From Nitrosopumilus sp. (GTDB taxonomy: Archaea > Thermoproteota > Nitrososphaeria > Nitrososphaerales > Nitrosopumilaceae): DNA of 64,000 bases. Both the position numbers and the translations under genes were made by a program. The DNA is taken from NCBI GenBank assembly GCA_963662625.1, contig OY759726.1:1056001-1120000 (forward strand). The letters run 5' to 3'. This document shows positions 38,001 through 47,787 of the stretch, one piece after another (positions within the stretch are counted from its first letter, which is position 1; every line of letters begins with the position of its first letter). Below the pieces are notes generated by a model. That model was not told the origin of the DNA, searched no databases, and saw nothing but the letters and a program-made list of their open reading frames with translations.

Positions 38001-39925
38001 CAGGTGTTGGTCCAGTCAAGCTCTCAGTTATAAGGGGAGCTAGTACTGTCGTACTGGGCTATGCTGGAGGTGAATCAACCGTGAATGGATGGATCACCAA
38101 TGACCAGAATGTCAAGGATGGTATGGTAACCATCGACGACAAGGGCATACCAGTCAACCAGTTTGGCCCAATCACGGAGGTTGCACCAGACGCTGGAATC
38201 TTTGAGGCAGACATAACCGTCAAGTTCACCGACGGGCCAGCAGACAGCAAGTGCCCGACTCACGACTACAACAACAGGGTCGTTACGCCGCCAACTTCAG
38301 GAAACTACTGTATCCTACAGGGGGACATCCTCCAAGTGGAATACACTGATCCTACTGACGCCTCTGGCAGCCTGAACACCGTGACTGACTCTGCTACGTT
38401 TGACCTCAGAAACGGCGTACTGCAGTCTGACAAATCCGTCTACCTCATAGGCTCTGACATAATCCTGACCCTCATTGAGCCAGACTTGGATCTGGACAAT
38501 GACCAGGCCGAGACATACAGCTTGGACCTGATCGAGTGGGACTCTGATGCAGCCACGGTCACCATGGGTATCCTTGGTGCCACCGACGGCGCATTCGACC
38601 CGGAACCCTCCGACTTCAGGGAAACCGGTGACAGCACTGGAATCTTCCAGATCGTCATCGAGACTCCCTCGGCACTCAAGGGTGACAACCTCGAAAGGGG
38701 TGAGGAGATAGCGCTAGAGTACACCGACTGGGGCCCGTCCGGCTCCGATTATGTCGGTGACGAGGACCAGGATGTCAACCTGACGATCTACACTTCGAAC
38801 TTCGGAGCAACCGTGGAACTTGACCAAAAGGTCTACACTTGGACTGACAAGGTATACATCACCATAGTCGCGCCAGACCACAACTTCGACGGCGACCTAG
38901 TTGACGAAATCGGCAACACCGACTCGAACCCCATAAAGGTTTCGACCAGGGGAGCCGACCTTGACAACTACAAGCTGGTCGAGACTGGCACTGACACGGG
39001 CATCTTCACCGGCGAGGTAATCCTTACCGGTTTCGCACATGATGCCGACGGTGACACTACCACCGGCTCCACCGGCAACGACGTAATGGATCGTTCGCCG
39101 TCTGGCAGCGGTCCGACCGATGGCACACTGCCATCTGACGACGACGACGGCATCACCGTCTCCTTTGATGTCTCAGAGGACGACACGATAGTCGGCTCGG
39201 CGCTAATCAGGTGGAACATCGGCGAGGTCCAGTGGCTCGAGTCAAGCTACCCGGCAACGGGAACTGGTGTTGTAAGAGTAATTGATCCAGACATGAACCT
39301 AGATCCAGAAGCAGTCGACAACTTCAACGTCGATGTATGGTCCGACTCCGATTCCGGAGGCATTGACCTTACTGTGACCGAGACCAACGAGGCTACCGGA
39401 ATATTCGAGGGCACGGTGTTCTTCACCGTCAGCGACCCCTCATCCGGCCACAGACTCAGGGTCGCAGAGGCCGATACCATAACCGCGGAGTATGAGGACA
39501 ATACGTTGCCTGATCCATACACAACTGCAGATGAACTCGACGTCACTGCCACGTCGCTAATCGGCACTATAGTACCAGCTCTCGAGAGGGCACCAGCCTC
39601 AAACTTGAGAGTAGTTGATGCATTTAAGAACAGCCTAGACGCTGTCTCAGTTGATCAACAGGTACAGGTAGTCGCTGACGTGACGAACGGTCAGGACAAG
39701 GAGCAGCCATTTGCATACTTGGTACAGATTCAGGACAGCAACGGCGTCACAGTCTCACTGTCATGGATAGAGGGCTCACTGTCAGCTGGTCAATCACTCA
39801 GTCCGTCGCAGTCTTGGACTCCGAGCGCAGCCGGTAGCTACACGGCAACCGCGTTTGTCTGGGAGTCTATTGACAGCCCGACGGCACTGTCTCCATCAGT
39901 AACGACGACCATCAGTGTAAGTTAA
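35081..39925 (+). CDS. slaA: Major S-layer protein (SlaA-type of ammonia-oxidising archaea)
   Basis: MNNEIGRKLTSLTLM signal, NANLFVSAEN, repeated acidic Ig-like units with ETGxxTGxF; 1614 aa, very Asp-rich. Confidence 0.9.
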   Translation: MNNEIGRKLTSLTLMAIMVVGGMTIAAPGFAPAAQAQQSNANLFVSAENPTFENYIGGPQVIEVVVIDSNISDTDEAKGEPDVTVNGQDLRMVQAVDGSWYGYFAEIEMATMADATTTTAGAGLDFGTIYSDVSRASGVLGVSISEADGFAAGSNINVVREAKDINDNVPKLGQIGVNDNMWPFIQLYDFTPTGSVVVQYNKGGGAQTATFTFDTVDGYAGATLDRQTYPQGAQLHTTITDTWLNIDPTDEDSWTFDTARSLIYYQVYDENGNSAGGATASTDLTDDISGLMCDDCLLIIAPDAQATGTDVVTFQGTKNGALVANIMQQVTVTEMGPNSGMFGSYDEDDVSSIKISDDAMRRTSATLDYNDSPQTVLVGFDFATIDIMPVDDTWNSGEAIPIVIVDGDANKNSRADEDYAVSNPDTPLIPTLVTGDPFTLGDGAVNVALNTSSGGTMTTTTEVQQFSDRALIMPSSNTTAMVNSVVIDFGTNMESLKSTLLDTTQDRTYGYNFYNQDVQSLGFGTTTVSLLYSSGSIDGNSSSIPLGSADAQSGLVRVTDDAISQIMAVDGNMNVGLQIASSNGVNVSAGSTMPIVTDFFSYGFMNNGEFGSERIANQIIRIEVEESGDNTSTFEGSLEYVMVNQLNILDENTYTGLDTISDAVTFIAIEDMTDEDSIRVNYLDLGADGVSTQIADQQEAPTSSGIVSLDNDNYKVADTVTITLEDADMNVDSDLVEIYTIPPQSDTVGQILPVVLHTGNLGRVLDVTFDDAPWKTPADNMCGGMSFTGDTGLGATGFTLVETGSATGVFMGDFQIPATWCQKDNDNDPGTVMTTTGLDIEVNYVDFRDASGEIIEVGDGAGVRANTGSVSLDKTVYPVPFGVPGDSVKTKPNNSNTPDGRSVFPIHQTGMDDNVGLHVVTVGDQTAEEFLNNGDLTVHVRVNDADFDISASGEDKIAQNVPCGKDNQGNDVCPGVGPVKLSVIRGASTVVLGYAGGESTVNGWITNDQNVKDGMVTIDDKGIPVNQFGPITEVAPDAGIFEADITVKFTDGPADSKCPTHDYNNRVVTPPTSGNYCILQGDILQVEYTDPTDASGSLNTVTDSATFDLRNGVLQSDKSVYLIGSDIILTLIEPDLDLDNDQAETYSLDLIEWDSDAATVTMGILGATDGAFDPEPSDFRETGDSTGIFQIVIETPSALKGDNLERGEEIALEYTDWGPSGSDYVGDEDQDVNLTIYTSNFGATVELDQKVYTWTDKVYITIVAPDHNFDGDLVDEIGNTDSNPIKVSTRGADLDNYKLVETGTDTGIFTGEVILTGFAHDADGDTTTGSTGNDVMDRSPSGSGPTDGTLPSDDDDGITVSFDVSEDDTIVGSALIRWNIGEVQWLESSYPATGTGVVRVIDPDMNLDPEAVDNFNVDVWSDSDSGGIDLTVTETNEATGIFEGTVFFTVSDPSSGHRLRVAEADTITAEYEDNTLPDPYTTADELDVTATSLIGTIVPALERAPASNLRVVDAFKNSLDAVSVDQQVQVVADVTNGQDKEQPFAYLVQIQDSNGVTVSLSWIEGSLSAGQSLSPSQSWTPSAAGSYTATAFVWESIDSPTALSPSVTTTISVS

Positions 39926-39945
39926 AAAACTAGTTCGCATTTCCC

Positions 39946-39960
39946 TTTTTCTTTTTTTTT
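39946..39960 (+). terminator. Oligo-T archaeal terminator after the S-layer gene
   Basis: TTTTTCTTTTTTTTT about 20 nt after the stop codon. Confidence 0.75.
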
Positions 39961-40014
39961 GATTCCCACTTAACGATAGTTATGCACGATGATCCTGTCA
40001 ACGCCTGGCCCGCT

Positions 40015-40200
40015 CCAAGTTCCGGCTAGCGCCTGGCGCGTCGCCGGCCTGGCTAGCTTCCTCTTGGACATGACCTCTCTCCCGCGGCCCCCGCCCCGCC
40101 GGCGAATGGATGGGAGCCGTGCCCTGCCGTGGCGGGCACGGCCCGCCGTGGTCCCCGACGGCGCCCCCAGGCACCGCAACCACGTTTTCCGCCGTGGCGA
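40015..40200 (-). pseudogene. Probable IS481-type integrase-core fragment
   Basis: Minus frames read ATAENVVAVPGGAVGDHGGP and KRKLARPATRQALAG, resembling eroded TxENAxxxLxxAIxxHGxP and KLxxLGIRHILA. Confidence 0.4.
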
Positions 40201-40295
40201 GGATCACGCGCCAGCCCCCGGAATGCTCTGTACGCACCTCCATGGATCCGGGCAGGGGGCCGAAACCGCAGAAATAATAGTGACTAAAACGGCGT

Positions 40296-41279
40296 ATGTT
40301 TGAATTGAAGACGGCGGTCCTGTTCCCCCTGCTGGCGGCGGCCCTGGTGGCATGCGCCCAGCCGGCGCTTGCAGAACAGCTGACGCTGTCGACCAGCAGC
40401 AGCGTCTATTCCAAGGGGGAGATCCTGTTCGTCTACGGGACGGGGATGCCGGACGAGGCCCTGATCCTGCGCATGACCGCCCCCGACGAGACGATCATAA
40501 AGTTCGACCAGATAAAGGCCGACGGGGACGGGGTCTTCCACTACCCCCTGCTGGCGTGGCCAGAAGAGTCCACCGACTTCCCGCTTGGCACCTACGCGAT
40601 CGAGGTGATCAGCACGGGGCAGGGCATCTCGCGGACGGCCGACGTAAAGTTCTCGTCCACGTCCGACCTGGTCGAGGTCCCGATCGAGCGGAACCTGGAC
40701 ATACTGGTGTTTGCCCCCGAGTCCGCGGCCGTGAACAGCCCGCTGAGGGTGTTCGTGCAGCTCACAAGCGACGGCCTGCTGCTGGGAAACAGCCCCGACC
40801 AGCTGCTCCAGTCTACCCACGTCCACACCCCGGTCGGCGGGCTGGAGCCGCTGTCCGACTCGTTTTCCACGCTGCACCGCGGGCTGTACTTCGTCGACTA
40901 TACCCCCGCCCAGGAGGGGACGTACGTGTTCCACGTGGTGGCCTTTAGCCAGGGGACCGCCTCCCACGGCTCGGTCGCGACAAGCGTCATAGGCCAGGAC
41001 CTGGGGGGGATATCTGACCAGATAATCCGGCTGAACACAATCCTGGACGAGACCTCCGCGGAGCTTGCCACCCTGAAATCCGAGATAGGCGGGTTCGGCT
41101 CCACGCTGCACACGGCAAGCGACGACATCCGATCCGGCGTATCCTCCGTGTCACGATCCGTGGAAAACATGGAGGACGCCTCGTCCCAGCTGAACTCCCT
41201 GCTGCTCCCGATAGTCTCGTCGATCGGGATAATCGTCGCGCTGCAGATAGTGATACTTGCGAGAAGGCGCGTCATGTGA
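40296..41279 (+). CDS. Exported protein with beta domains, coiled-coil stalk and C-terminal TM (SlaB-like architecture)
   Basis: Signal peptide, beta-rich N-terminal region, heptad region, TM plus RRR tail. Confidence 0.7.
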   Translation: MFELKTAVLFPLLAAALVACAQPALAEQLTLSTSSSVYSKGEILFVYGTGMPDEALILRMTAPDETIIKFDQIKADGDGVFHYPLLAWPEESTDFPLGTYAIEVISTGQGISRTADVKFSSTSDLVEVPIERNLDILVFAPESAAVNSPLRVFVQLTSDGLLLGNSPDQLLQSTHVHTPVGGLEPLSDSFSTLHRGLYFVDYTPAQEGTYVFHVVAFSQGTASHGSVATSVIGQDLGGISDQIIRLNTILDETSAELATLKSEIGGFGSTLHTASDDIRSGVSSVSRSVENMEDASSQLNSLLLPIVSSIGIIVALQIVILARRRVM

Positions 41280-41365
41280 GGGGCCGCGGCAGGACAGGCC
41301 CGCGCAAAGAATGCCGCGCCGCGCGCAGAATCAAGGTATAATAATACAAGTGGCCCATCCAGTCC

Positions 41366-44300
41366 ATGCCCTGGGCGGCAATACTTTTCGGCATCGCGCT
41401 AATCTCCGCGATCCCAGCAACCTCGCACGCCCTCCCGATGGGCGACATGCCCCCGGGCCCCGCCGGGGGATCCGGCTTTGAGTTTGACACCGGCATATTC
41501 GGGGCCGATCCAGGTTTCTTCGAGCCTGCCGGAATCAAGAGGTACGTGGTGTTCGGCGCGGGCGCGCCCGACCCGGCCCACGCCGAGGGCTCCCTGTTCG
41601 GGGCCAGGTCGGACAACGGGTTCTTCTACGTGGCCGCCCTCCCGGAGTCCGCGGTCCCGGGCCTGCTCTCCCGGGGGTACCACGTGGTGGAGGACTTTGA
41701 GCTTGACTTCCACCAGGCGCAGGGGCTGCCCGACGCGTCCCGGATCGGCCAGATCACGGGATCCGCAGCCGCCGGCGAAAAGTACGGCGCGACGGGGGCC
41801 GGCATAACCGTGGGCATCGTGGACACCGGCGTCGACTTTTCGAACCCGGACATAAGGCAGTCCCTTGCCCGGGACGATCTCAACCACCCCCTGATGCTGG
41901 ATCCCGACGGCCAGGGGATCGTGATCACGAACTCGACATTCTTCGCGTTCGTCGACAAGGACGGGATCATACGCAACTACAGCAGGCCGCTGCCGGATGG
42001 GTTTGCCTCCTCCGTGTACCAGAACCGGGACGGGGTATTCCTCGACATATCCCGCGGCGGGAAGGGGACCGAGATCCCTATCTACAACTCGTTCTTCCCG
42101 TACGTGGGCACGGCGCCCACGTTCAACGGGACGCTTTCGAGCGACATGAAGATCGGCGACAGCAACCGCGAGTACATCAGGTCAAAGAGCGGGGAATACC
42201 ACCTGGGGGTCATGTACCAGGGGGCCATGCAGGGGCCGTACGCCCGGGTGCAGGTGGTCCCGGTACTCGTGGTCGATCCCAACGCCCCGGGCGTCTACGA
42301 CACGGTGATCCCGGACATGAGCACCTCCTGGGAGGACTATACCCGGTTCGACCTGGAAAAGGGCCAGAGGCCGGACTATGACTTTGACTTTACCGACGAG
42401 CGCCCCGTGGTGCTGGGCAGCGGAAACGAGTTCCTGCTGTACGACTCCGACGGCGACGGCAGGGCGGACTACAGCGCGGGGACCGTGGGGGCCCGGGTGC
42501 TGGACGTGCACGGCGTGATCTCCAACAAGACCTCAGACGTCGACGACGTGCTGCGGGCGGTAAACGGCACGTTGCTGGACCCGCTCGACGCAGGCGGGGA
42601 CTTTTTCGGCGTAATGACCGACTTCCTGGGCCACGGGACGTCGAGCGCGGCGTCGATAGTGTCACGCGGGGAGCAGTCGTACGACATCTACAACAACACG
42701 GAGAGGCACGTCATACGCGGCGTGGCGCCCGACGCGAGGATCCTACCGGTGAAGGCACTGTGGTTTGGCGACACCATCTACGCGTGGCTGTGGGCCGCGG
42801 GCTTTGACAGCCAGGGTACCTCGTGGAGCTTTACCGGAAAGCCCCGTGCCGACATAATCTCCAACAGCTGGGGGGTGTCGAACTTTCCCACCCTGGGATC
42901 CGCGCCGGGAATGGACGTCCTGTCGCTGCTGTCGGCCGCGCTGTCGGTCCCCTCCTCGCTGGACGACGACTTTCCCGGGATGACCGTCGTCACCAGCGCG
43001 GGCAACTCCGGCCACGGCTACGGGACCATGGGAATGCCAAACTCGTCGCCGTTCGGCATCACCGTCGGGGCCACCACCAACAACGCCTTTGTAGGGTACG
43101 GCCCGTTTGCCGGGCAGCCCAGGTTCGGGAACTCCACGGCCCACCACGGTCACGTGGTCGACTTCTCGAGCAGGGGCCCGAGCATAATAGGCGACCCCAA
43201 GCCGGACCTGGTGAGCATCGGCGCGTACGGCTTCACCCCGGCAAACGTGCTGAGGACCGAGAAGGACTCCAAGGACGAGCCGTTCACGCTGTTTGGCGGG
43301 ACGAGCATGTCGGCGCCGCTCGTATCCGGCAGCGCCGCGGTGCTGATGGAGGGGATGCGCTCCCAGCAAAAGGACTACGACCCGTTCGCCATCAAGAACA
43401 TCCTGATGTCCACCGCCACGGACCTGAGCAACGACCCGTTCACCCAGGGCTCCGGCCTCTCGAACGTGGAGGCCGCGATGGACTTTGCCCACGGGCGGGA
43501 GGGGGCGTTCATCGTCCACAACGACGCCTCGTACGCCAACATAAGGAAGGTGCTGGAGCCGGCCATCGCGTCAGCAAACTACACCCGGATCGGGCTGGGG
43601 GAGTTCGGCTTCCCGCCGAGGCAGCTCCCAATGACCGGCTGGTTCGCGGGACACCTCTCCCCGGGACAGTACAGCTCCGCCACGTTTACCGTGGAAAACC
43701 CCACGGACGACCCCATCGAGGTGGCGGTCATGCCGCAGAGCCTCTCACTGATAAAACAGGACAGGCTTCCGGGCTCCACCGAGCCGAGGCAGCGGGACCT
43801 GGACGTAGACGAGCCGGGGGCCTTCGTGCCAAACTACGTCAGGCTCTCCGACATCATGCTGCACGGCAGCCTGGGCGATTTTTTCGGCAGGGGCGACCCC
43901 ATACCGCCGGAGGCCTCGCTGATGATCCTGAACGTGAACTTTGCGTTCAACGACTTCATGAACAAGACCGACGACACGTACGCAAACGACCTAGGGATCT
44001 CCTCCCTGTACCTCTACGACTGGGTGGACGGGGACGGCGACGGCTATGTTGCGGCAGGCGAGCTGTCCATGGTCAGCAGGGCCGGCTCGTGGGGGACGGT
44101 GCAGGAGCTCCGGGTAAGCGACCCGGCGCAGAGATTCGAAGGGACGCCGCTGGTCGGGGTATACCCCGTCCCCACGAGGTACTCCTACTGGCTTGGCGAC
44201 ACGGGGCAGAACTCCACGTCGATGGACTATACGCTGTCCGCGAGCTACTACCAGAAGGACCGGTGGCCAGTCCTCTGGCCCGAGACCGGATCCCTGGAGG

Positions 44301-45199
44301 TGCCGCCAAACGGCGCCGCCACGGTCGACGTGGACCTGGTCGTCCCGTCAGACTTTCAGACGGGCAACTACCAGGGGTTCCTGACGTTCGAGGGCGGGGA
44401 TCACACGGTAAACGCGCCAGTGTCCTTCGTGGTGACGCACCCCGTGGCAGAAGTCGGCGGCGTGGTCACGGTGCCGGGCAGGGGCTCGGGGGACGTCGTG
44501 TTTGCAAACGGGCAGATAAAGGGCGCATTTGACATGGTGGGCCGTTACATGGCAGGCGACTGGCGGCAGTATTACTTCGACATCGGCGACAGCTCAGTCG
44601 ACTCGGGCTCCATCGAGCTCTCCTGGCAGGACGCCGACACCAGCATGTCCGCATTCGTGATGGATCCGGCAGGCAAGATAGTCCAGACAAACGTCCCGGC
44701 TGGGGTCTTCGGCCATTTCCTTGGCTGGCCGTCAGTCGACTGGCTGGGCAATTCGCCGTTCAGTCAGGGCGGGGGATTCTTTCCCGTAAAGAACAAGAAC
44801 GACACGTCCACCGTACTCCTGGTGCCGGTAAACCAGACGGGGACGTACTCCGTACTGGCCCACTCCACGCTGTTTGGCGGAAACTCCACCACCGAGCCGC
44901 TGTCCCTGACCGCGAGGTTCTCCGGCATCGCGGCCGCCCCCGTGCCGGGCGGGGCAGGCTCCGCCCCGGACGCCCCCGCGCGGGAGGATGCCCCGGAGCG
45001 GGCGGCCTCCCCGGAGGACGCAGCCGCGCCGGACGCAGCCGCGCCGGACGCAGCCGCGCCGGATCGCGGCGCCCCGGGGCCCGAAGGCGCGCCAGACGAG
45101 TCCCCCGTCTTCAACTACGGGTTGGCGCTGGGGGTCGGCATCGGGGTGGCAATCGGGCTGCTCTCGGTGTTCATAGTGAGGCAGAAGGCGGCGGGTTAG
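41366..45199 (+). CDS. Large membrane-anchored S8 subtilase
   Basis: GIVDTGVD, GHGTSSA, SAGNSG, GGTSMSAPLVSG; C-terminal TM. Confidence 0.93.
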   Translation: MPWAAILFGIALISAIPATSHALPMGDMPPGPAGGSGFEFDTGIFGADPGFFEPAGIKRYVVFGAGAPDPAHAEGSLFGARSDNGFFYVAALPESAVPGLLSRGYHVVEDFELDFHQAQGLPDASRIGQITGSAAAGEKYGATGAGITVGIVDTGVDFSNPDIRQSLARDDLNHPLMLDPDGQGIVITNSTFFAFVDKDGIIRNYSRPLPDGFASSVYQNRDGVFLDISRGGKGTEIPIYNSFFPYVGTAPTFNGTLSSDMKIGDSNREYIRSKSGEYHLGVMYQGAMQGPYARVQVVPVLVVDPNAPGVYDTVIPDMSTSWEDYTRFDLEKGQRPDYDFDFTDERPVVLGSGNEFLLYDSDGDGRADYSAGTVGARVLDVHGVISNKTSDVDDVLRAVNGTLLDPLDAGGDFFGVMTDFLGHGTSSAASIVSRGEQSYDIYNNTERHVIRGVAPDARILPVKALWFGDTIYAWLWAAGFDSQGTSWSFTGKPRADIISNSWGVSNFPTLGSAPGMDVLSLLSAALSVPSSLDDDFPGMTVVTSAGNSGHGYGTMGMPNSSPFGITVGATTNNAFVGYGPFAGQPRFGNSTAHHGHVVDFSSRGPSIIGDPKPDLVSIGAYGFTPANVLRTEKDSKDEPFTLFGGTSMSAPLVSGSAAVLMEGMRSQQKDYDPFAIKNILMSTATDLSNDPFTQGSGLSNVEAAMDFAHGREGAFIVHNDASYANIRKVLEPAIASANYTRIGLGEFGFPPRQLPMTGWFAGHLSPGQYSSATFTVENPTDDPIEVAVMPQSLSLIKQDRLPGSTEPRQRDLDVDEPGAFVPNYVRLSDIMLHGSLGDFFGRGDPIPPEASLMILNVNFAFNDFMNKTDDTYANDLGISSLYLYDWVDGDGDGYVAAGELSMVSRAGSWGTVQELRVSDPAQRFEGTPLVGVYPVPTRYSYWLGDTGQNSTSMDYTLSASYYQKDRWPVLWPETGSLEVPPNGAATVDVDLVVPSDFQTGNYQGFLTFEGGDHTVNAPVSFVVTHPVAEVGGVVTVPGRGSGDVVFANGQIKGAFDMVGRYMAGDWRQYYFDIGDSSVDSGSIELSWQDADTSMSAFVMDPAGKIVQTNVPAGVFGHFLGWPSVDWLGNSPFSQGGGFFPVKNKNDTSTVLLVPVNQTGTYSVLAHSTLFGGNSTTEPLSLTARFSGIAAAPVPGGAGSAPDAPAREDAPERAASPEDAAAPDAAAPDAAAPDRGAPGPEGAPDESPVFNYGLALGVGIGVAIGLLSVFIVRQKAAG
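45016..45064 (+). repeat. 15-bp in-frame tandem repeat (DAAAP x3)
   Basis: GGACGCAGCCGCGCC x3 in the pre-TM linker. Confidence 0.85.
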
Positions 45200-45420
45200 C
45201 GGACGCGCTCACGCGCGGCAGGCCGTGCGGGCCCGGCGCGCGCCAGGCGGGGGTTGCGCGGCACCGCAAGCCGCGACTGCGGCAGGAGATCCGCGAAGCC
45301 GCCCGGTGCCGGGCCGCGCCCCTTGGCCCTGCCGGCTCATGCCCCAATGCCGCACTGGTGGTATCTTGTCCAAAATCTTAAACAAGGTTTATAAGCAATT
45401 TGGCGAGTACGTGAGCTTGA

Positions 45421-46026
45421 ATGTCGGAGCAGGGGAAGCAAAAGCCTGGAGGCCTGTCGCGAAGGGACTTTCTGAAGCTGATGGGGGCCGCGGGCACGGG
45501 ACTCGCGTTTGCGCCCTTTGTTCCGTTTGGAAACTTTATGCCCAACCCGACCCAGGCGTCGCTGGAAAAGGTCCCGGTGATCCTGCCTAACGGGTTGCAG
45601 GCAAACGTAAACACGTTCCCAGTCAACCACTCCGAGGTAATCACCTACCCCAGCACCGGGGACGCGGCGCTTGACGCCGAGGCGTTCAGGAAGTGGCAGT
45701 TCATCCGGCTTCCGGCGGAGCTCGGGGGGGAGGCAAAAGACATATCCGCGTTCCGGGGATTCAGCATGATCTGCCTGCACCTTTGGTGCCTGTGGAAGTA
45801 CTGGCCCGAGGATGGGCGAAAGAGGGGCGAGTGCCCGTGCCACGGGAGCATGTACGACCCCCGGACGGGCACGGCTTTCCAGGGGCCGGCATCCGTCCAG
45901 GCCGCGCCCTCAAACACCCTGCCGAAACTCGACTTCGAGGCGGATCCAGACGGCAAGGTGTGGATAATGCCGCCCAGGTGGGGGGTAAACGACAACGGAG
46001 TAGTTGGATATGGCCGTTTCGCTTGA
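45421..46026 (+). CDS. petC: Rieske 2Fe-2S protein of complex III (Tat signal)
   Basis: SRRDFLK, CLHLWC, CPCHGSMY. Confidence 0.95.
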   Translation: MSEQGKQKPGGLSRRDFLKLMGAAGTGLAFAPFVPFGNFMPNPTQASLEKVPVILPNGLQANVNTFPVNHSEVITYPSTGDAALDAEAFRKWQFIRLPAELGGEAKDISAFRGFSMICLHLWCLWKYWPEDGRKRGECPCHGSMYDPRTGTAFQGPASVQAAPSNTLPKLDFEADPDGKVWIMPPRWGVNDNGVVGYGRFA

Positions 46027-47596
46027 GAGGAGGACCGGCGCGGTAGCGTTCTTCTACTGGCTGTGGAACGGGGTAGACCGGACGATCTTCACGGCAATCA
46101 AGTTCTCGTTCCCCGCAAGGTTCGTAAGCCCGTTCGGGTTCTTGGGGATGCTCACCTTCATCGTGTTCATCATACTGGGCGTGTCCGGCGCCCTGCTCAT
46201 GTTCTACTACCAGCCCATACTGGACCGGGCGTGGGACAGCGTCCAGTTCATCAACGACGAGGTCCCGTTCGGCTTCCACATAAGGAACATCCACTACCAC
46301 GGCTCGAACGCCATGGTGCTGCTCGCCGTGCTCCACATGTACTACCAGTACTTTAGCGGCAGGTACAAGATCAGAAACGAGGTCCTCTGGATGACCGGCG
46401 TCATACTGGGGGTGGTGACCATACTCGAGGCCTTTACGGGCTACGACGTGATATTCAGCGAGAGGGCGGAGCTTGCAATCAGCATCGCCGCGTCGCTGAC
46501 CACGTCGATACCCGTCGCCGGGCCGGTCATACGCGACGCCGCGCTTGGCAGCGGCTTTTCGGACTTTGTGCTGCGGTTCTATGCGCAGCACGTGTTCATC
46601 CTGCCCGTAGTGATGCTGGGGCTGATGGCCGTCCACTTCCCGAGGTTCCTCGTGTTCGACGTGCCGATGGTGATGGCCATAGGGGGGGCCATACTGATCA
46701 CCGGGGGGGTCTTCCCGATCGACCTGGGGTTCAAGTTCGAGCCCACGGTGCCGCCCGGAATCACGGTCCCGGAGTGGTACCTGACCGGGATCTACGCGTT
46801 CATGAGGACGCAGTACGACAAGTTTGTGACTGGGCTGCTGTGGCCGCTGATATTCATCATATCGTTCGTGCTGATACCGTTCATAGACAGGTACAAAAAG
46901 TTCTCTTGGAAGGACAGGCCGATAATCACCGCCTTCGGGATAACCAGCCTCGCCCAGATCATGGTTACCACCTACTGGGGGTTCTACATCTCGCCTGACG
47001 TGTCGATACCGCTCGTGGAGCGCCTGGTGATCGACCCGGTCTTCTTCTACTCGGTGATGATACTGCTGGTTCCGCTGGGATTTGGGTTCACCTACATGAT
47101 GATCAAGCTCGCGAAGGAGGCAGAGCGGAAGGCGAAGCTTGCCAAGGACAACGGCCCGAACAAGGTGGCCACGATCAACCTGTCCGAGAAGTGGATCAAC
47201 TGGGTGATAGTGGCCCTGCTCGCGTTCCAGGTCTTCCTGAACATAGCGGCATACAACGCGGCGCTGACCGGGATGAACAACATCTCGCTGTTCTTCGTGG
47301 GGCTGATACTGATAGTGTTCGGGGCGTTCTTCCACATATACCGGTACGGGCTCAACAAGGCAAACGAGGCACCGCCCCCGCCGCCCATGCAGGCCCTTGA
47401 GGAGAGGCCCAAGGAGCTCGCCGAGCCGGAGGCGTCCGAGGAGCCGGCCGCGCTGCCTGACGCAAGCGCGGCAAAGGAGGGCCAGAAGGAGGCGCCCCAG
47501 ATCCAGGCCACGTCGAAGGGCAGCCCAGGCAAGCCAAATGCCGGCCTCGGCAAGTCGGCCGACGCGGGCCCCGGCCCCGACGACCCCAAGCAGTAG
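46010..47596 (+). CDS. petB: Cytochrome b of the bc-type complex
   Basis: IRNIHYHGSN..LHM, RFYAQH..VH, PEWY motifs. Confidence 0.95.
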   Translation: MAVSLERRTGAVAFFYWLWNGVDRTIFTAIKFSFPARFVSPFGFLGMLTFIVFIILGVSGALLMFYYQPILDRAWDSVQFINDEVPFGFHIRNIHYHGSNAMVLLAVLHMYYQYFSGRYKIRNEVLWMTGVILGVVTILEAFTGYDVIFSERAELAISIAASLTTSIPVAGPVIRDAALGSGFSDFVLRFYAQHVFILPVVMLGLMAVHFPRFLVFDVPMVMAIGGAILITGGVFPIDLGFKFEPTVPPGITVPEWYLTGIYAFMRTQYDKFVTGLLWPLIFIISFVLIPFIDRYKKFSWKDRPIITAFGITSLAQIMVTTYWGFYISPDVSIPLVERLVIDPVFFYSVMILLVPLGFGFTYMMIKLAKEAERKAKLAKDNGPNKVATINLSEKWINWVIVALLAFQVFLNIAAYNAALTGMNNISLFFVGLILIVFGAFFHIYRYGLNKANEAPPPPPMQALEERPKELAEPEASEEPAALPDASAAKEGQKEAPQIQATSKGSPGKPNAGLGKSADAGPGPDDPKQ

Positions 47597-47787
47597 GCTG
47601 CACCGTCCCGCGCCGCGGGGGGGCTGGCAAAGCCGGAGGCCAGGGCCCCGTGGATGTGGCACGGTTGCACCTTTTGATTCCACCCCATCTTTCCGACGCA
47701 GCCGTCTCGTCGGCACCTGGACGGCGCCACGGCGGACGGGAAAATCCTAAACAAGCTTTATAAGAACACCAGGCTCCAAGCAAAACA

